DNA of 59,136 nucleotides from an uncultured Bacilli bacterium (GCA_944371305.1 CALVXM010000004.1:1-59136), one strand, 5' to 3'; positions 40,686 to 50,513 are shown, counted from the stretch's first letter. Notes: generated by a model from the sequence alone, not told the origin. Numbers and translations: made by a program.

Positions 40686-41357
40686 TTATTTATTATGAGA
40701 AACAAATTTATCTTTTTTAAATTCAATTCCAATAGTCTTTAAGTATTCTAATTCTTTTTCATTCTCACATAAAATATCACAATATTCTCTACTGGTTATT
40801 GAATATAACCAGTAATCATTACCTTTAATAAAAGCGATATCATCTAAATATTTAGGTTGACACCAATCATATAATGATTTATTAGTTAAAATTTCCTTTT
40901 TCATTTCTTCATTGAATTTAAAGATGTATAAAATACCTCTATCAAATAAATCTTCTTCTTTTACATCAATTAATTGTTCACTAACTAAATTATGTTTAAA
41001 TTTTTCTATAAATACTTCTTTTACGTGGTTATAAAATACCATATTTATACTATTTTTAATTGCTAATAATCGTCTAAATTCTGCTATATCGCTATCATCA
41101 TTTAAATATGTTTCATCAAAAATTTTATCATTATCTTTAAAGTATTCATAGGCCTTATCAAGATAGGAATCAGAAAAATTTTTTATTATGTCATCTTTAG
41201 TAAAACCTGGTGTTGACAAAATAACATCCATACCTTTTCTGAAACTAAAATCAAAAGGTTCAAAATAATACTTAAATGAGACATAATCACACTTATCATA
41301 AGCATAATCAATTAATTTTTCAAAAGTTTTCCCATTTATTTCATTTTTTACTAACAT
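40686..41357 (-). CDS. Candidate immunity protein, tandem paralog A
   Basis: Start MLVKNEI at 41357 behind GGAGGT; LDDIAFIK..YWLYSIT..E.CDI.CENE motif shared with 41377-42153. Confidence 0.65.
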   Translation of the reverse strand: MLVKNEINGKTFEKLIDYAYDKCDYVSFKYYFEPFDFSFRKGMDVILSTPGFTKDDIIKNFSDSYLDKAYEYFKDNDKIFDETYLNDDSDIAEFRRLLAIKNSINMVFYNHVKEVFIEKFKHNLVSEQLIDVKEEDLFDRGILYIFKFNEEMKKEILTNKSLYDWCQPKYLDDIAFIKGNDYWLYSITSREYCDILCENEKELEYLKTIGIEFKKDKFVSHNK

Positions 41358-41376
41358 ATTACCTCCATATTTAAGA

Positions 41377-42153
41377 TTACATATTAAGATTTTCAAAATG
41401 GACAGTCTTTTCAAATTTATTATCTTCAAATTCTATCCCTAAAGATTGTAAATACTTAAATTCTTCTTCATTCTCACAATATATATCACAAATATTTTCA
41501 TGTGTCACAGAGTATAACCAATAACTATTATCTTTTAAAAATGATATATCTTCTAATGATTCTGGAAAATAATAATCATATATAGAATTTCTGCTTAACA
41601 ATTCCTTCTTCATTTCTTCATTGAACTTAAAAACGTAAACTTCACTGTGTGGAATTTTTACAGATGTTGTAGAAATTTTTTGAACATCAATTGTGAAACT
41701 ATCTAAATCATCAATCACAATATCATCTATAAAATCTATTGTATTAAAGACTATATTATGTTTAAACTTATTTAACCATTTTTCTTTTATATAATCATAA
41801 TAAACTCTACTTATATTATTTTTTATTGATATTTTCCTACTAAAATATTCTGAATCTCTATAAATGTTCCCTTTTTCAAATTCTCTTTTTCTTTTACCTA
41901 AATAAATATCATTAAAAATTTCTTTATTATCTTTAAAATATTCATAAGCTTTAGCTAAATAATTATCTGAATAATTTTTAATTATTTCATCTTTGGTGAA
42001 ACCTGGTGTTGACAAGATAATGTCCATCATTTCTTTTCCATTTTCTGGATGTTGGTCAATATAGTATTTAACCAATATATAATTACACTCATTATAAGCA
42101 TAATTGATTAAATTTCTATATGTATCACCACTAATTTCTTTACTAACTATCAT
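41377..42153 (-). CDS. Candidate immunity protein, tandem paralog B
   Basis: LSTPGFTKDEIIKNYSD and LEDISFLKDNSYWLYSVTHE shared with paralog A. Confidence 0.65.
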   Translation of the reverse strand: MIVSKEISGDTYRNLINYAYNECNYILVKYYIDQHPENGKEMMDIILSTPGFTKDEIIKNYSDNYLAKAYEYFKDNKEIFNDIYLGKRKREFEKGNIYRDSEYFSRKISIKNNISRVYYDYIKEKWLNKFKHNIVFNTIDFIDDIVIDDLDSFTIDVQKISTTSVKIPHSEVYVFKFNEEMKKELLSRNSIYDYYFPESLEDISFLKDNSYWLYSVTHENICDIYCENEEEFKYLQSLGIEFEDNKFEKTVHFENLNM

Positions 42154-42177
42154 TTACATCACCTAATTATAATTTTA

Positions 42178-42280
42178 TTAAGGGTAATACCAAATATGAT
42201 GATGACTATCATTAGTTTTTCCATCCCAAGGATGATAATGAGGATAATAACTTTTTTATTTTCATAATTAAAACTTCCTC
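42178..42280 (-). pseudogene. Chimeric scar: RDD gene start fused to a toxin tail
   Basis: 42243-42280 matches 36470-36507 at 36/38 nt; it continues into PHYHPWDGKTNDSHHHIWYYP-stop. Confidence 0.7.
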
Positions 42281-42304
42281 GATTTGTTATAATGTTTTAT
42301 ATAA

Positions 42305-42465
42305 CATTTAAATAAAAAATAAGATCTTCTATTTGTAGATTTTCATAATCTTCAACATTTAAATTATTAAATAATTTGATTGTTTAACAAATATTTTTTA
42401 ATTTAAATAAACAACGCAAAATTAAAGAATGAATAATAGGTATATTTACAATTTTTCAAATCCAT
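42305..42465 (-). pseudogene. Relic paralog of the 34804-35343 gene
   Basis: NLNVEDYENLQIEDLIFY versus NLNIGDYKNLQLQIEKPIFY, with an in-frame stop. Confidence 0.7.
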
Positions 42466-42472
42466 TAATATC

Positions 42473-42823
42473 CTAATTAAGAACTTTTGTTTTATATAAC
42501 ATATCACCTATTCTTTTATTAAAAATTATTAATAACAACAGTTCAATTGGCCATATAATAACTGTTAAATTTCTTAATATTTTAAAAATATTTGATACTT
42601 CTTTGTTGTCGTTTGTTGATAATTTTAATTTACAAACTATTTTACCTATACTACCTTCTTTAAATGTTAGATCTTTCAAACTAAATAATATTATCATTAA
42701 GACATCACATAATAAATTACTTTGAATATTAAAAGTTTTAGTTACAATGAAAAATATACTTAATCCAATAAACATTGTAATATAAAAATCAATTACAATG
42801 GAAAAAATTCTTTTAAAATTCAT
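42473..42823 (-). CDS. RDD family membrane protein
   Basis: KRIFSIVID, SIGKIVCKL, ILRNL, KRIGDMLYKTKV; start 42823 behind AGGGAG directly after the orphan tip stop. Confidence 0.85.
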   Translation of the reverse strand: MNFKRIFSIVIDFYITMFIGLSIFFIVTKTFNIQSNLLCDVLMIILFSLKDLTFKEGSIGKIVCKLKLSTNDNKEVSNIFKILRNLTVIIWPIELLLLIIFNKRIGDMLYKTKVLN

Positions 42824-42839
42824 ATTGTATAATACTCCC

Positions 42840-43585
42840 TTACTTAAAAATCGCTCTATATCCATGGTAAAACAAATTACTTTCATCAAATTCTAATCCA
42901 ACTTTAAATCCACCACCAACCTTAAAGTATGCCTCTGCTTCTAATCCTATAAAGATTGTTTTTTTTGAAACATCGACATTATCAATACCAAAATACCATT
43001 CATCAGATTCTAAATTTGTTATTTTTGAGATCCCAACATTTGCAAATTTTATAGAACTTTCAGATGTAATACTATGAAACTCATTCCATTTGGGTAATGG
43101 TTTTATTGTCGTTGTCGATTTATATGTAATATGTTTTGCCCCAACTTTAAGACCACCAAAATCTGTAGTAACTCCATAACCATAACCACTACTAACTTCA
43201 AAAACAACAGCTTTCTCGAGCTCTGATTTCGCTATTTCTTTAACAATATTTGAAGTAGATTTTAATACTTGATTTGTTGCTGGATTTTTCGTAATACCTA
43301 AAACCGTTTTTACACTATCTATTATATCTTTAAAAGACGGGAGCTTAAAATATCCAGTCGGATCACTATATAATATTACATTATTCGTACAATACGCAAA
43401 TAAATTATAATGCAAAACATAATCACTTAGTTGCAATATACCATCAGCATTAATAAATCTACCCCAAGTAGGATTATAATATCTACTATTTAAATAATAT
43501 AAACCAGTCTCATCATCATAATAATAACTTCGATATCTAAATGGATTAATATAGGCTATATGATTAGTATCTGTTATAACATTAC
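42840..43585 (-). pseudogene. Silent orphan Rhs core plus intact C-terminal toxin tip (cassette 1)
   Basis: Open frame without start or RBS: LGNVITDTNHIAYINPFRYR...NLFAYCTNN...SDPTG, then a ~170-aa Gly/beta-strand-rich tip. Confidence 0.85.
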
Positions 43586-43598
43586 CTAATTTATATTT

Positions 43599-43627
43599 AT
43601 TTTACCAAACAATATATATTTTGTCTA
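43599..43627 (-). promoter_or_regulatory. Cassette promoter copy 1
   Basis: Identical to 37016-37044; follows the immunity gene terminator. Confidence 0.75.
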
Positions 43628-43669
43628 ATGGAAAAATATTGATATATTTCTACATCAATACTTTAAAAC

Positions 43670-44497
43670 TTACTCATTCCAATTATTATATACATTTATA
43701 ATATATTCTTCAAATTCTTTCCAACGCATTTCGCAATATAAACGAATGACATTAGGATAATTATCAGGAATTTCGATATAATTAGGATTATTTCCAATAA
43801 AAATCAAATTATTCTTTGGTATAACACGACTTGATGTATTTATAAAATTTATAAAATAATCTCTAAAATCAGTTAATTCTTCTTTTTTACGATGATGTAA
43901 TCCACATTGCGGTAAATAATCATGTTCTACTATCTCTTCTAATCTTAATAATTCATCTGTTATTAAATTATAAACATGTACTCGCGGAATTATATGATAA
44001 TCATCCCACCAACACTCATCAACTTTAACAAAATATATATATTTTCCTTCATATCCTTTCTCTTTCGCATATTCCCCTTCAAACCTATATGCAAAAGTAT
44101 CTCCATCTTGCCATTCTGTTCGATAAACCTTTGGTATATGTATTTTCTTTAATGGTGGTTGTGGACTTTTTAATTTTACTTCTAACTTTTCTAAAACTTT
44201 TTTCCTCTTACTATATAACTGTTTATCTTCTTCCCATCTTTTTAAATCTATATCTATATATTTTAAAGCTAATTCTTTTACTTCTTCTAATAATCTACCA
44301 TAATTCCACTGGGTATCAGCTAATGCAAATAACACTAAGGCTGTATCATCTTCAAACTCTGATGGTACTTCCCATGATTCTAGTATTTCCCTTGTTGCTT
44401 CTTCATTTGTTTTTCCTTCTTTTAAATATTTTAGATATTCCTCTTTTACATCACATGTTACATCATCTGAATATAAACCTGGTCCCCATACTCCCAT
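43670..44497 (-). CDS. Cognate immunity protein of the GIY-YIG tip (DUF4259-like N-terminus)
   Basis: MGVWGPGLYSDD start 13 nt after the toxin stop (TAA-GGAGGT-AATAAGT-ATG). Confidence 0.8.
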   Translation of the reverse strand: MGVWGPGLYSDDVTCDVKEEYLKYLKEGKTNEEATREILESWEVPSEFEDDTALVLFALADTQWNYGRLLEEVKELALKYIDIDLKRWEEDKQLYSKRKKVLEKLEVKLKSPQPPLKKIHIPKVYRTEWQDGDTFAYRFEGEYAKEKGYEGKYIYFVKVDECWWDDYHIIPRVHVYNLITDELLRLEEIVEHDYLPQCGLHHRKKEELTDFRDYFINFINTSSRVIPKNNLIFIGNNPNYIEIPDNYPNVIRLYCEMRWKEFEEYIINVYNNWNE

Positions 44498-44510
44498 ACT
44501 TATTACCTCC

Positions 44511-47500
44511 TTAATTTCCAACATATGTTAATGATTCATCCCACGTTCCTATTGGCATTGGAACAAACCTATATAGATAATGTTTTTTTGACATACCATT
44601 AATCTGATTATTCATTGGAATATCTTTTTTTAATGTTTTATATTCTTCAATTAATTTTTGTTCTAAAATTCTTGCTTCATTATAAGTCAAATCAACATAT
44701 ACAGGATATAATGTTAATTTTTTTCTATTCGGATTATTCTCATGGCGATATTTTGTAGCTTTTAAATTTTTAGTTCTTCCAACATATTGAACTTCATTGT
44801 CATCGTCTTTTAAAACATAAACATTGTGTTCTTTTGCCGTATCACTAGATTTTTTCGATTTTTTACTATTGCTGCTATTTTTATAAGTAGAATTAGTAAC
44901 AATATCTTCTGTTAAAGCAGCTCCTCCCAAAATTGCGGCTGCCGATAATAAAGTTTTTCCTATTGCAATAGCAATTTCTGTTAAAAATGCTGTACCTCCA
45001 ATTGCTATTGCAGCTGAAGAACCACTATAATCAATAAATGTTACATTATTATTACTACAATATGCATATAAATTTTGACTTATAATATCTATATTAGCGC
45101 CAATAATACCATCAGCATTAATAAATCTACCCCAAGTAGGATTATAATACCTACTATTTAAATAATATAAACCAGTCTCATCATCATAATAATAACTACG
45201 GTATCTAAATGGATTAATATAGGCTATATGATTAGTATCTGTTATAATATTGCCTAATCCATCTTTTATACTTTTTATCTTACCATAACTATCATATTCA
45301 TATTCTACTATTTGTTCAAATTCACTATTTAATATTCCTAATACATCACTTTGTAGATTTTTAATGTAATAATAGGTATTTCCTGCATATTTAAACCCGA
45401 TTGAAGCATCGTTTTCATATAGGAAATATATAATTTCATTACCTTTTTGTAAATAAATTATTTTATTTCCTTCAACATAATATTTAGTTATATTTCCATT
45501 AACATTTTTTTCGGTTCTGATTCCATCTTTATTATATTTATAATTAATATTTAAATTACTAGTTGTATAACTATTTAATTGACGTCCATTTATCCAACTT
45601 AAACTAATATCACCTATTGTTAAAGGATTTCCTATCTCGTCATAGGTAATTATTATATCATTATATTTTGTTAATTGGTCTTTCCAATTTAAATTAGCGT
45701 AAACATATGCATCAGTTGTTATTAATTGTTCTTCATTATAAGTTTTCTTATTTAAAATATTTCCAAAATTATCATATTCATAAGTGATGGTTTCTAAACC
45801 ATTTTCTTCTTTAATCAACTGATTATATTGATCATATTCATAACTATGAATCAATTCATTATTTTTAATTATTTTTATAATATTGCCTAATTTATCATAT
45901 TTATATTTATAAATATCATCATTTTCTAAAATACTTTCTATTAAACTTGATGTTCGATTACCATTAGTTACATAATTATATTTTGTAATATAACCATTAA
46001 TATTTCTTTCTTTTAATCGTTGTAATTCATCATAAGTATAATTAATAATCATATCATCATTTACTATTTTAGTTATATTATCTTCATTATTATGTTCATA
46101 ACTATAAGTATTAGTTATATTATTTAATATTTGTTTTTCTAATACTAAATTATCTAATTCATTATAATCATATTTTAGTTCAAAATTATTTTCTTTATAA
46201 CCGATTAATCTTTGAGCAAAGTCATATTCATAATTATAAGTATTATCTAATGAAGCAATTTTCTTAATATTTCCAAAATTATCATAATAATAATTATAAG
46301 TATTATTCATTTTTATTAATTTACATAAGCGATCAAATTCATCATATTGATAACTAATATTATCATTATTGCCATAAACACTACCTATTAAATTACCATT
46401 ATTTTCTTCATAATTATTTTCGATTAATTTATTATTATTAATATAAATTGATTTAGTATTTAAAAATTCATCATAGTTAAATATATATTCTTTATTATCT
46501 TGAATGATTTTAGATAATAATGTTCCATTATATTCATAACTAACTTCCATATCTCCTTTAACTATTTTAATTAATTGATCTTTTGTGTTATAAGTATAAT
46601 TAGTTATATTACCTAAAGCATCAGTCATTCTAGTTATTAAACCTTTTTCATTTGTTACATAACTAGTTTCATTAAATAACGTATCGATTGTTTTTGTTAA
46701 GAATCTACCATCTAAACTATATTCCGCACTGTTTTCAATATATAATTTACTATCTTGATTTTCAAAATAGAAACATTGATTTATTTTATCTTCTTCTTCA
46801 CTTAAACACAAACCATCTACTGTTGATGTTACGTATTTATCATTTAATTTAAGCATATAACTATTATCTAGTTGTTTAATAAATTCAAAAGAAATATTAT
46901 CGAATAAAGAATTAGAAATATAGATATTATTATGAAATATTGGTTTAATATTAAGATTTTGATCAGTTATTGTTATATTAAATACATCATGACTACAATT
47001 ATCTTCACTTAACATAATGTTTTTAATAAGGGGATTTACTTTTAAATATTGATTACTACCTTTTAATTTAATGTAATATAAGCCATTACTTAATTCTTTA
47101 GCATCAGCTTGAATTTTAGTTAAAATAGGATTACCTATATCATCATATACTATTTCATTAGCAATTCCACTAGTTGATATTCCTCTTAAGATGCGATCAG
47201 TTATTTCTTTATCGTATTCATAATGTAGTTCGTTTCCTAATGGATCGGTCATCTTTATTAATTGATTATTTTGATCATAATTAAAATCACTAATAGTTTT
47301 ATTCTTATCTTTAAAACCAATCATATTGCCATCACTATCATATTGATAAGAAATATCGCCAACATCTTTAATTAAGGTAAAATTAGTAACATAAAATTCA
47401 TTAGCAGAAAGAATTGAGGTAACAGCAATTCTTAACGAATAATAATCATATGGAGCGGATAAAACGGTTGAATAAAATTGCCATTCTGAACTACAAGGAT

Positions 47501-50471
47501 TTAAATCAGCATAGAAAAAGGTATCCCCTGCATCCATTTCATTTTTAGGAAAAAATCCTAATTGAATTGTATTATTTTTATAATCATCATACTCTTTAAT
47601 TAATCCTAAATTCTTGTACCAAAATGATAAGTAATATATATCTCCTTTAGCCCCATCTATAGCAATCGAACGTGAAAGAAATTTTGTCATTTTAGGATGA
47701 CACGCCATTTTAAACATGTTATTACCATTAGAATCAGCTAATATTTCATCTGAATTATCATCAGATATAAATGTTTCACCAAATTCATAAAGTTTACCAT
47801 TATAATTCCAACCTGCTAAATCATATTCAAAATCACTATTATCGATTAAATTATAACTATTAGCTACTTTATTATTTTCTAATTGAATATCATCAATATA
47901 AATTATTTCATCAGTTAAATCATCAACACCAATAAATATTTTAATATTTGAAGTTGGTGTGACATCATTGATAGTAACAGTATATCTTTCAAACTCATTA
48001 TTTGGATTAATTATTATGGTATTCGAAATATTATTTCCATTTTCTAACCAAACTGAATAAGGTTTAAAAGCTTTACTATAAAAACTAAAGGTATAACTAC
48101 CAGCTAAAGTAACTGAATAACTAGCATACGCTTCACCAGAGCCAGATAATTTTAAACTTTTTATTCCTGATAGACTACATTCATCTGTTATGCTTACATC
48201 TAAACTATCATCACTAATAAAGTCATTTTCACTCATCTCAAAACTAGAGTTCCAAATTAAGTTTTTAACATATTTAGTCATTTCATGATTGTTAGTTAAG
48301 CGATTTTGATCATAAATATAGCTTTTACCATAAGCAGAAGCAATATTATCAGTTTCTTTTAAATTGGTTATACTGGTGGTGTTACCAAAATGATTAAAAT
48401 TATAAGTATTGATGCGATCTTTATTATCTTTAATATTAGTAAGTTCAAAACCATAAGAAAAATCATAAGTATTACCTAAAGTATCATTTTTTCCATATTC
48501 ACTAATTTTCTTAACACGATACGGTATAACATCATAATATTCAAATTTTATTTTATTTAAATTAACATCAGTTATACTACTAATAATACTATCGTTATAA
48601 TTAATAGTAGTTGTTCCTAAATTATCGACAATAGAAACTATTTTTCCATCAGCAATATTTAAAGTAGTTGTTTTTAAAGGACTAGTAATTACAATATTAT
48701 CGTTATAAGCGATATTAATTTCATTATTATTTCCATCTTTAATTTTTACTATTTGATTATTTTCATATATAATATTAACTTCACTATTTTTAACATCAAC
48801 TATTTTACTTAAATAATAAATATCGTTAATCTTAGTAAAAATTAATTTATTATTGTTTTTATCTTTTATTGTCCAATCATTATCATTTAATATTAATTCT
48901 AAGTCTAAACTATCTTCATCTTTATATTTACCAAGACCATTACCATCAGCATCTTTTTCCTCATAAAAATAATGAATCGTGCCATCTTCATCTAAATATT
49001 GATACATAACTTCTTCATCAATTGTTACTTTTTTTAGTGTCTGATATAAACTAAACTTAAATCCTTTGATTAAGCCATAATTATTTTCTAAAACAACATC
49101 ATTGGTATTATAAAAAAGATTTAAATCGACTGGCAACTTACCACCGATTGTACTACCCAATAGAAAGTCAACTGTAATATTTCCATTATAATTATTAGCA
49201 GAAATAGAACTATTAGATAATTCAAAAGTTTGATAAGTCATATAAGGTTCTAAACCATTTTGATTACGATAAGTTATAGCTAATAATGGTCCTCCTACAC
49301 CATTATCATGAGCAACATATTCTGGTTTTACTTCATTTTGATAGTATACTTCTTCATGTGTTTTTATTAAAACTCCATAATTAGGTGTTCCTGAATACCA
49401 TCTTTTAACTAAATTAGTAATATTAAAACTACGATAATTTTCACCATAACCAACCGTAACTATATCTTCATCATTTCCAAGATAATCCTCTATTCGTGAA
49501 TCATATTTATCGTTCATATTATCCCATGTTGCCGTAGTTTCAGTCCAATTAGAAGTTAGGCGATGAATTGTCGCCATTCTGATTTTTCTAAGAGTTGGGG
49601 CATAAATATTAGGGTCATATAAATATAATCTAGCATCGATAATACTATCGCCAGTTCCGATTTTAGGTAAAGCAAATTTAATTAGGGTTCTATAAATACC
49701 ACCATAAGAGGTAACATTAGCTTTAAGCAAATAATCAAGTCCATAATTATAATTTGCCATTCGATTATATATATACGTATCCTCTATTCCTTTTAATTCG
49801 TCAGTTGTAATAGTAGGGTCAATATAAACAGGATATTTAATATCACTTAATAACCAATCCTTATCTAATTTTAAAACCAATTCATAACCTTCTTCTTTTT
49901 TATTTAATTCATAATAAAGATTATGATTAATTTTATTATCACTATCTTTCATATAAGGTTTTTCAATTATAAATTCGCCACATCTAACTTTTCCATCAAC
50001 TAATTCTAACTCTAAATCTGTATCTATATTAAATATAAACTCATCTTTGATACTTGCTTTATCTTTTATTACAATACTCTCTTTTATTTTACTTGGTAAA
50101 ATATCATAAATAACATCGATATTATCAAAAATATTATTATATCTTATCTCACCTCTTTTTCTTATTTTTTGATCTTTTTTTAAAGGTTTATTATTAACTT
50201 TATTACAATTATTTATCCTAAATTTTAAGTAATGTTTACTTTTTTTAACTTCTAATAATTCTTCATTACTATCTTTAGCAAACGATACTTTTAAATCATT
50301 ATCTTTATTAATATATCGATTATTTTCCAGTTTTAAAGTATTATTAATTTCGATATATTTATTATCTTTTAAATAATGAACATTATCTGGATAAATTCTA
50401 GCTTCAATTGTTCCATCTTCCTTTAAAAAATGTTTTTCATTTAATTTCCTTAAATGCTTTAATTCTAGCAT
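44511..50471 (-). CDS. Rhs/YD-repeat polymorphic toxin with DNRLRE domain and GIY-YIG nuclease tip
   Basis: DTYI..YNYG..RTLIKF (DNRLRE-like), YD repeats, core PFRYRSYYYD.ETGLYYLNSRYY..WGRFINAD, DYSG cleavage site, tip VYVL..YVGRT..R..E..N; RBS AAGGAGG. Confidence 0.95.
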   Translation of the reverse strand: MLELKHLRKLNEKHFLKEDGTIEARIYPDNVHYLKDNKYIEINNTLKLENNRYINKDNDLKVSFAKDSNEELLEVKKSKHYLKFRINNCNKVNNKPLKKDQKIRKRGEIRYNNIFDNIDVIYDILPSKIKESIVIKDKASIKDEFIFNIDTDLELELVDGKVRCGEFIIEKPYMKDSDNKINHNLYYELNKKEEGYELVLKLDKDWLLSDIKYPVYIDPTITTDELKGIEDTYIYNRMANYNYGLDYLLKANVTSYGGIYRTLIKFALPKIGTGDSIIDARLYLYDPNIYAPTLRKIRMATIHRLTSNWTETTATWDNMNDKYDSRIEDYLGNDEDIVTVGYGENYRSFNITNLVKRWYSGTPNYGVLIKTHEEVYYQNEVKPEYVAHDNGVGGPLLAITYRNQNGLEPYMTYQTFELSNSSISANNYNGNITVDFLLGSTIGGKLPVDLNLFYNTNDVVLENNYGLIKGFKFSLYQTLKKVTIDEEVMYQYLDEDGTIHYFYEEKDADGNGLGKYKDEDSLDLELILNDNDWTIKDKNNNKLIFTKINDIYYLSKIVDVKNSEVNIIYENNQIVKIKDGNNNEINIAYNDNIVITSPLKTTTLNIADGKIVSIVDNLGTTTINYNDSIISSITDVNLNKIKFEYYDVIPYRVKKISEYGKNDTLGNTYDFSYGFELTNIKDNKDRINTYNFNHFGNTTSITNLKETDNIASAYGKSYIYDQNRLTNNHEMTKYVKNLIWNSSFEMSENDFISDDSLDVSITDECSLSGIKSLKLSGSGEAYASYSVTLAGSYTFSFYSKAFKPYSVWLENGNNISNTIIINPNNEFERYTVTINDVTPTSNIKIFIGVDDLTDEIIYIDDIQLENNKVANSYNLIDNSDFEYDLAGWNYNGKLYEFGETFISDDNSDEILADSNGNNMFKMACHPKMTKFLSRSIAIDGAKGDIYYLSFWYKNLGLIKEYDDYKNNTIQLGFFPKNEMDAGDTFFYADLNPCSSEWQFYSTVLSAPYDYYSLRIAVTSILSANEFYVTNFTLIKDVGDISYQYDSDGNMIGFKDKNKTISDFNYDQNNQLIKMTDPLGNELHYEYDKEITDRILRGISTSGIANEIVYDDIGNPILTKIQADAKELSNGLYYIKLKGSNQYLKVNPLIKNIMLSEDNCSHDVFNITITDQNLNIKPIFHNNIYISNSLFDNISFEFIKQLDNSYMLKLNDKYVTSTVDGLCLSEEEDKINQCFYFENQDSKLYIENSAEYSLDGRFLTKTIDTLFNETSYVTNEKGLITRMTDALGNITNYTYNTKDQLIKIVKGDMEVSYEYNGTLLSKIIQDNKEYIFNYDEFLNTKSIYINNNKLIENNYEENNGNLIGSVYGNNDNISYQYDEFDRLCKLIKMNNTYNYYYDNFGNIKKIASLDNTYNYEYDFAQRLIGYKENNFELKYDYNELDNLVLEKQILNNITNTYSYEHNNEDNITKIVNDDMIINYTYDELQRLKERNINGYITKYNYVTNGNRTSSLIESILENDDIYKYKYDKLGNIIKIIKNNELIHSYEYDQYNQLIKEENGLETITYEYDNFGNILNKKTYNEEQLITTDAYVYANLNWKDQLTKYNDIIITYDEIGNPLTIGDISLSWINGRQLNSYTTSNLNINYKYNKDGIRTEKNVNGNITKYYVEGNKIIYLQKGNEIIYFLYENDASIGFKYAGNTYYYIKNLQSDVLGILNSEFEQIVEYEYDSYGKIKSIKDGLGNIITDTNHIAYINPFRYRSYYYDDETGLYYLNSRYYNPTWGRFINADGIIGANIDIISQNLYAYCSNNNVTFIDYSGSSAAIAIGGTAFLTEIAIAIGKTLLSAAAILGGAALTEDIVTNSTYKNSSNSKKSKKSSDTAKEHNVYVLKDDDNEVQYVGRTKNLKATKYRHENNPNRKKLTLYPVYVDLTYNEARILEQKLIEEYKTLKKDIPMNNQINGMSKKHYLYRFVPMPIGTWDESLTYVGN

Positions 50472-50513
50472 TTTTTCTACCTCCTTTTGAAACTTTTTAG
50501 TTTCGTTTTATTT

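Noticed and set aside
44498-44524. Apparent overlap between toxin and immunity ORFs
   Set aside because: ORF-caller artefact; the RBS-backed start is 44497 (and 37914 for the paralog).
35594-45258. Repeats as a CRISPR array or DGR template/variable pair
   Set aside because: Irregular kb-scale spacing, coding homology to the Rhs core, differences not confined to adenines, and no cas or RT gene.
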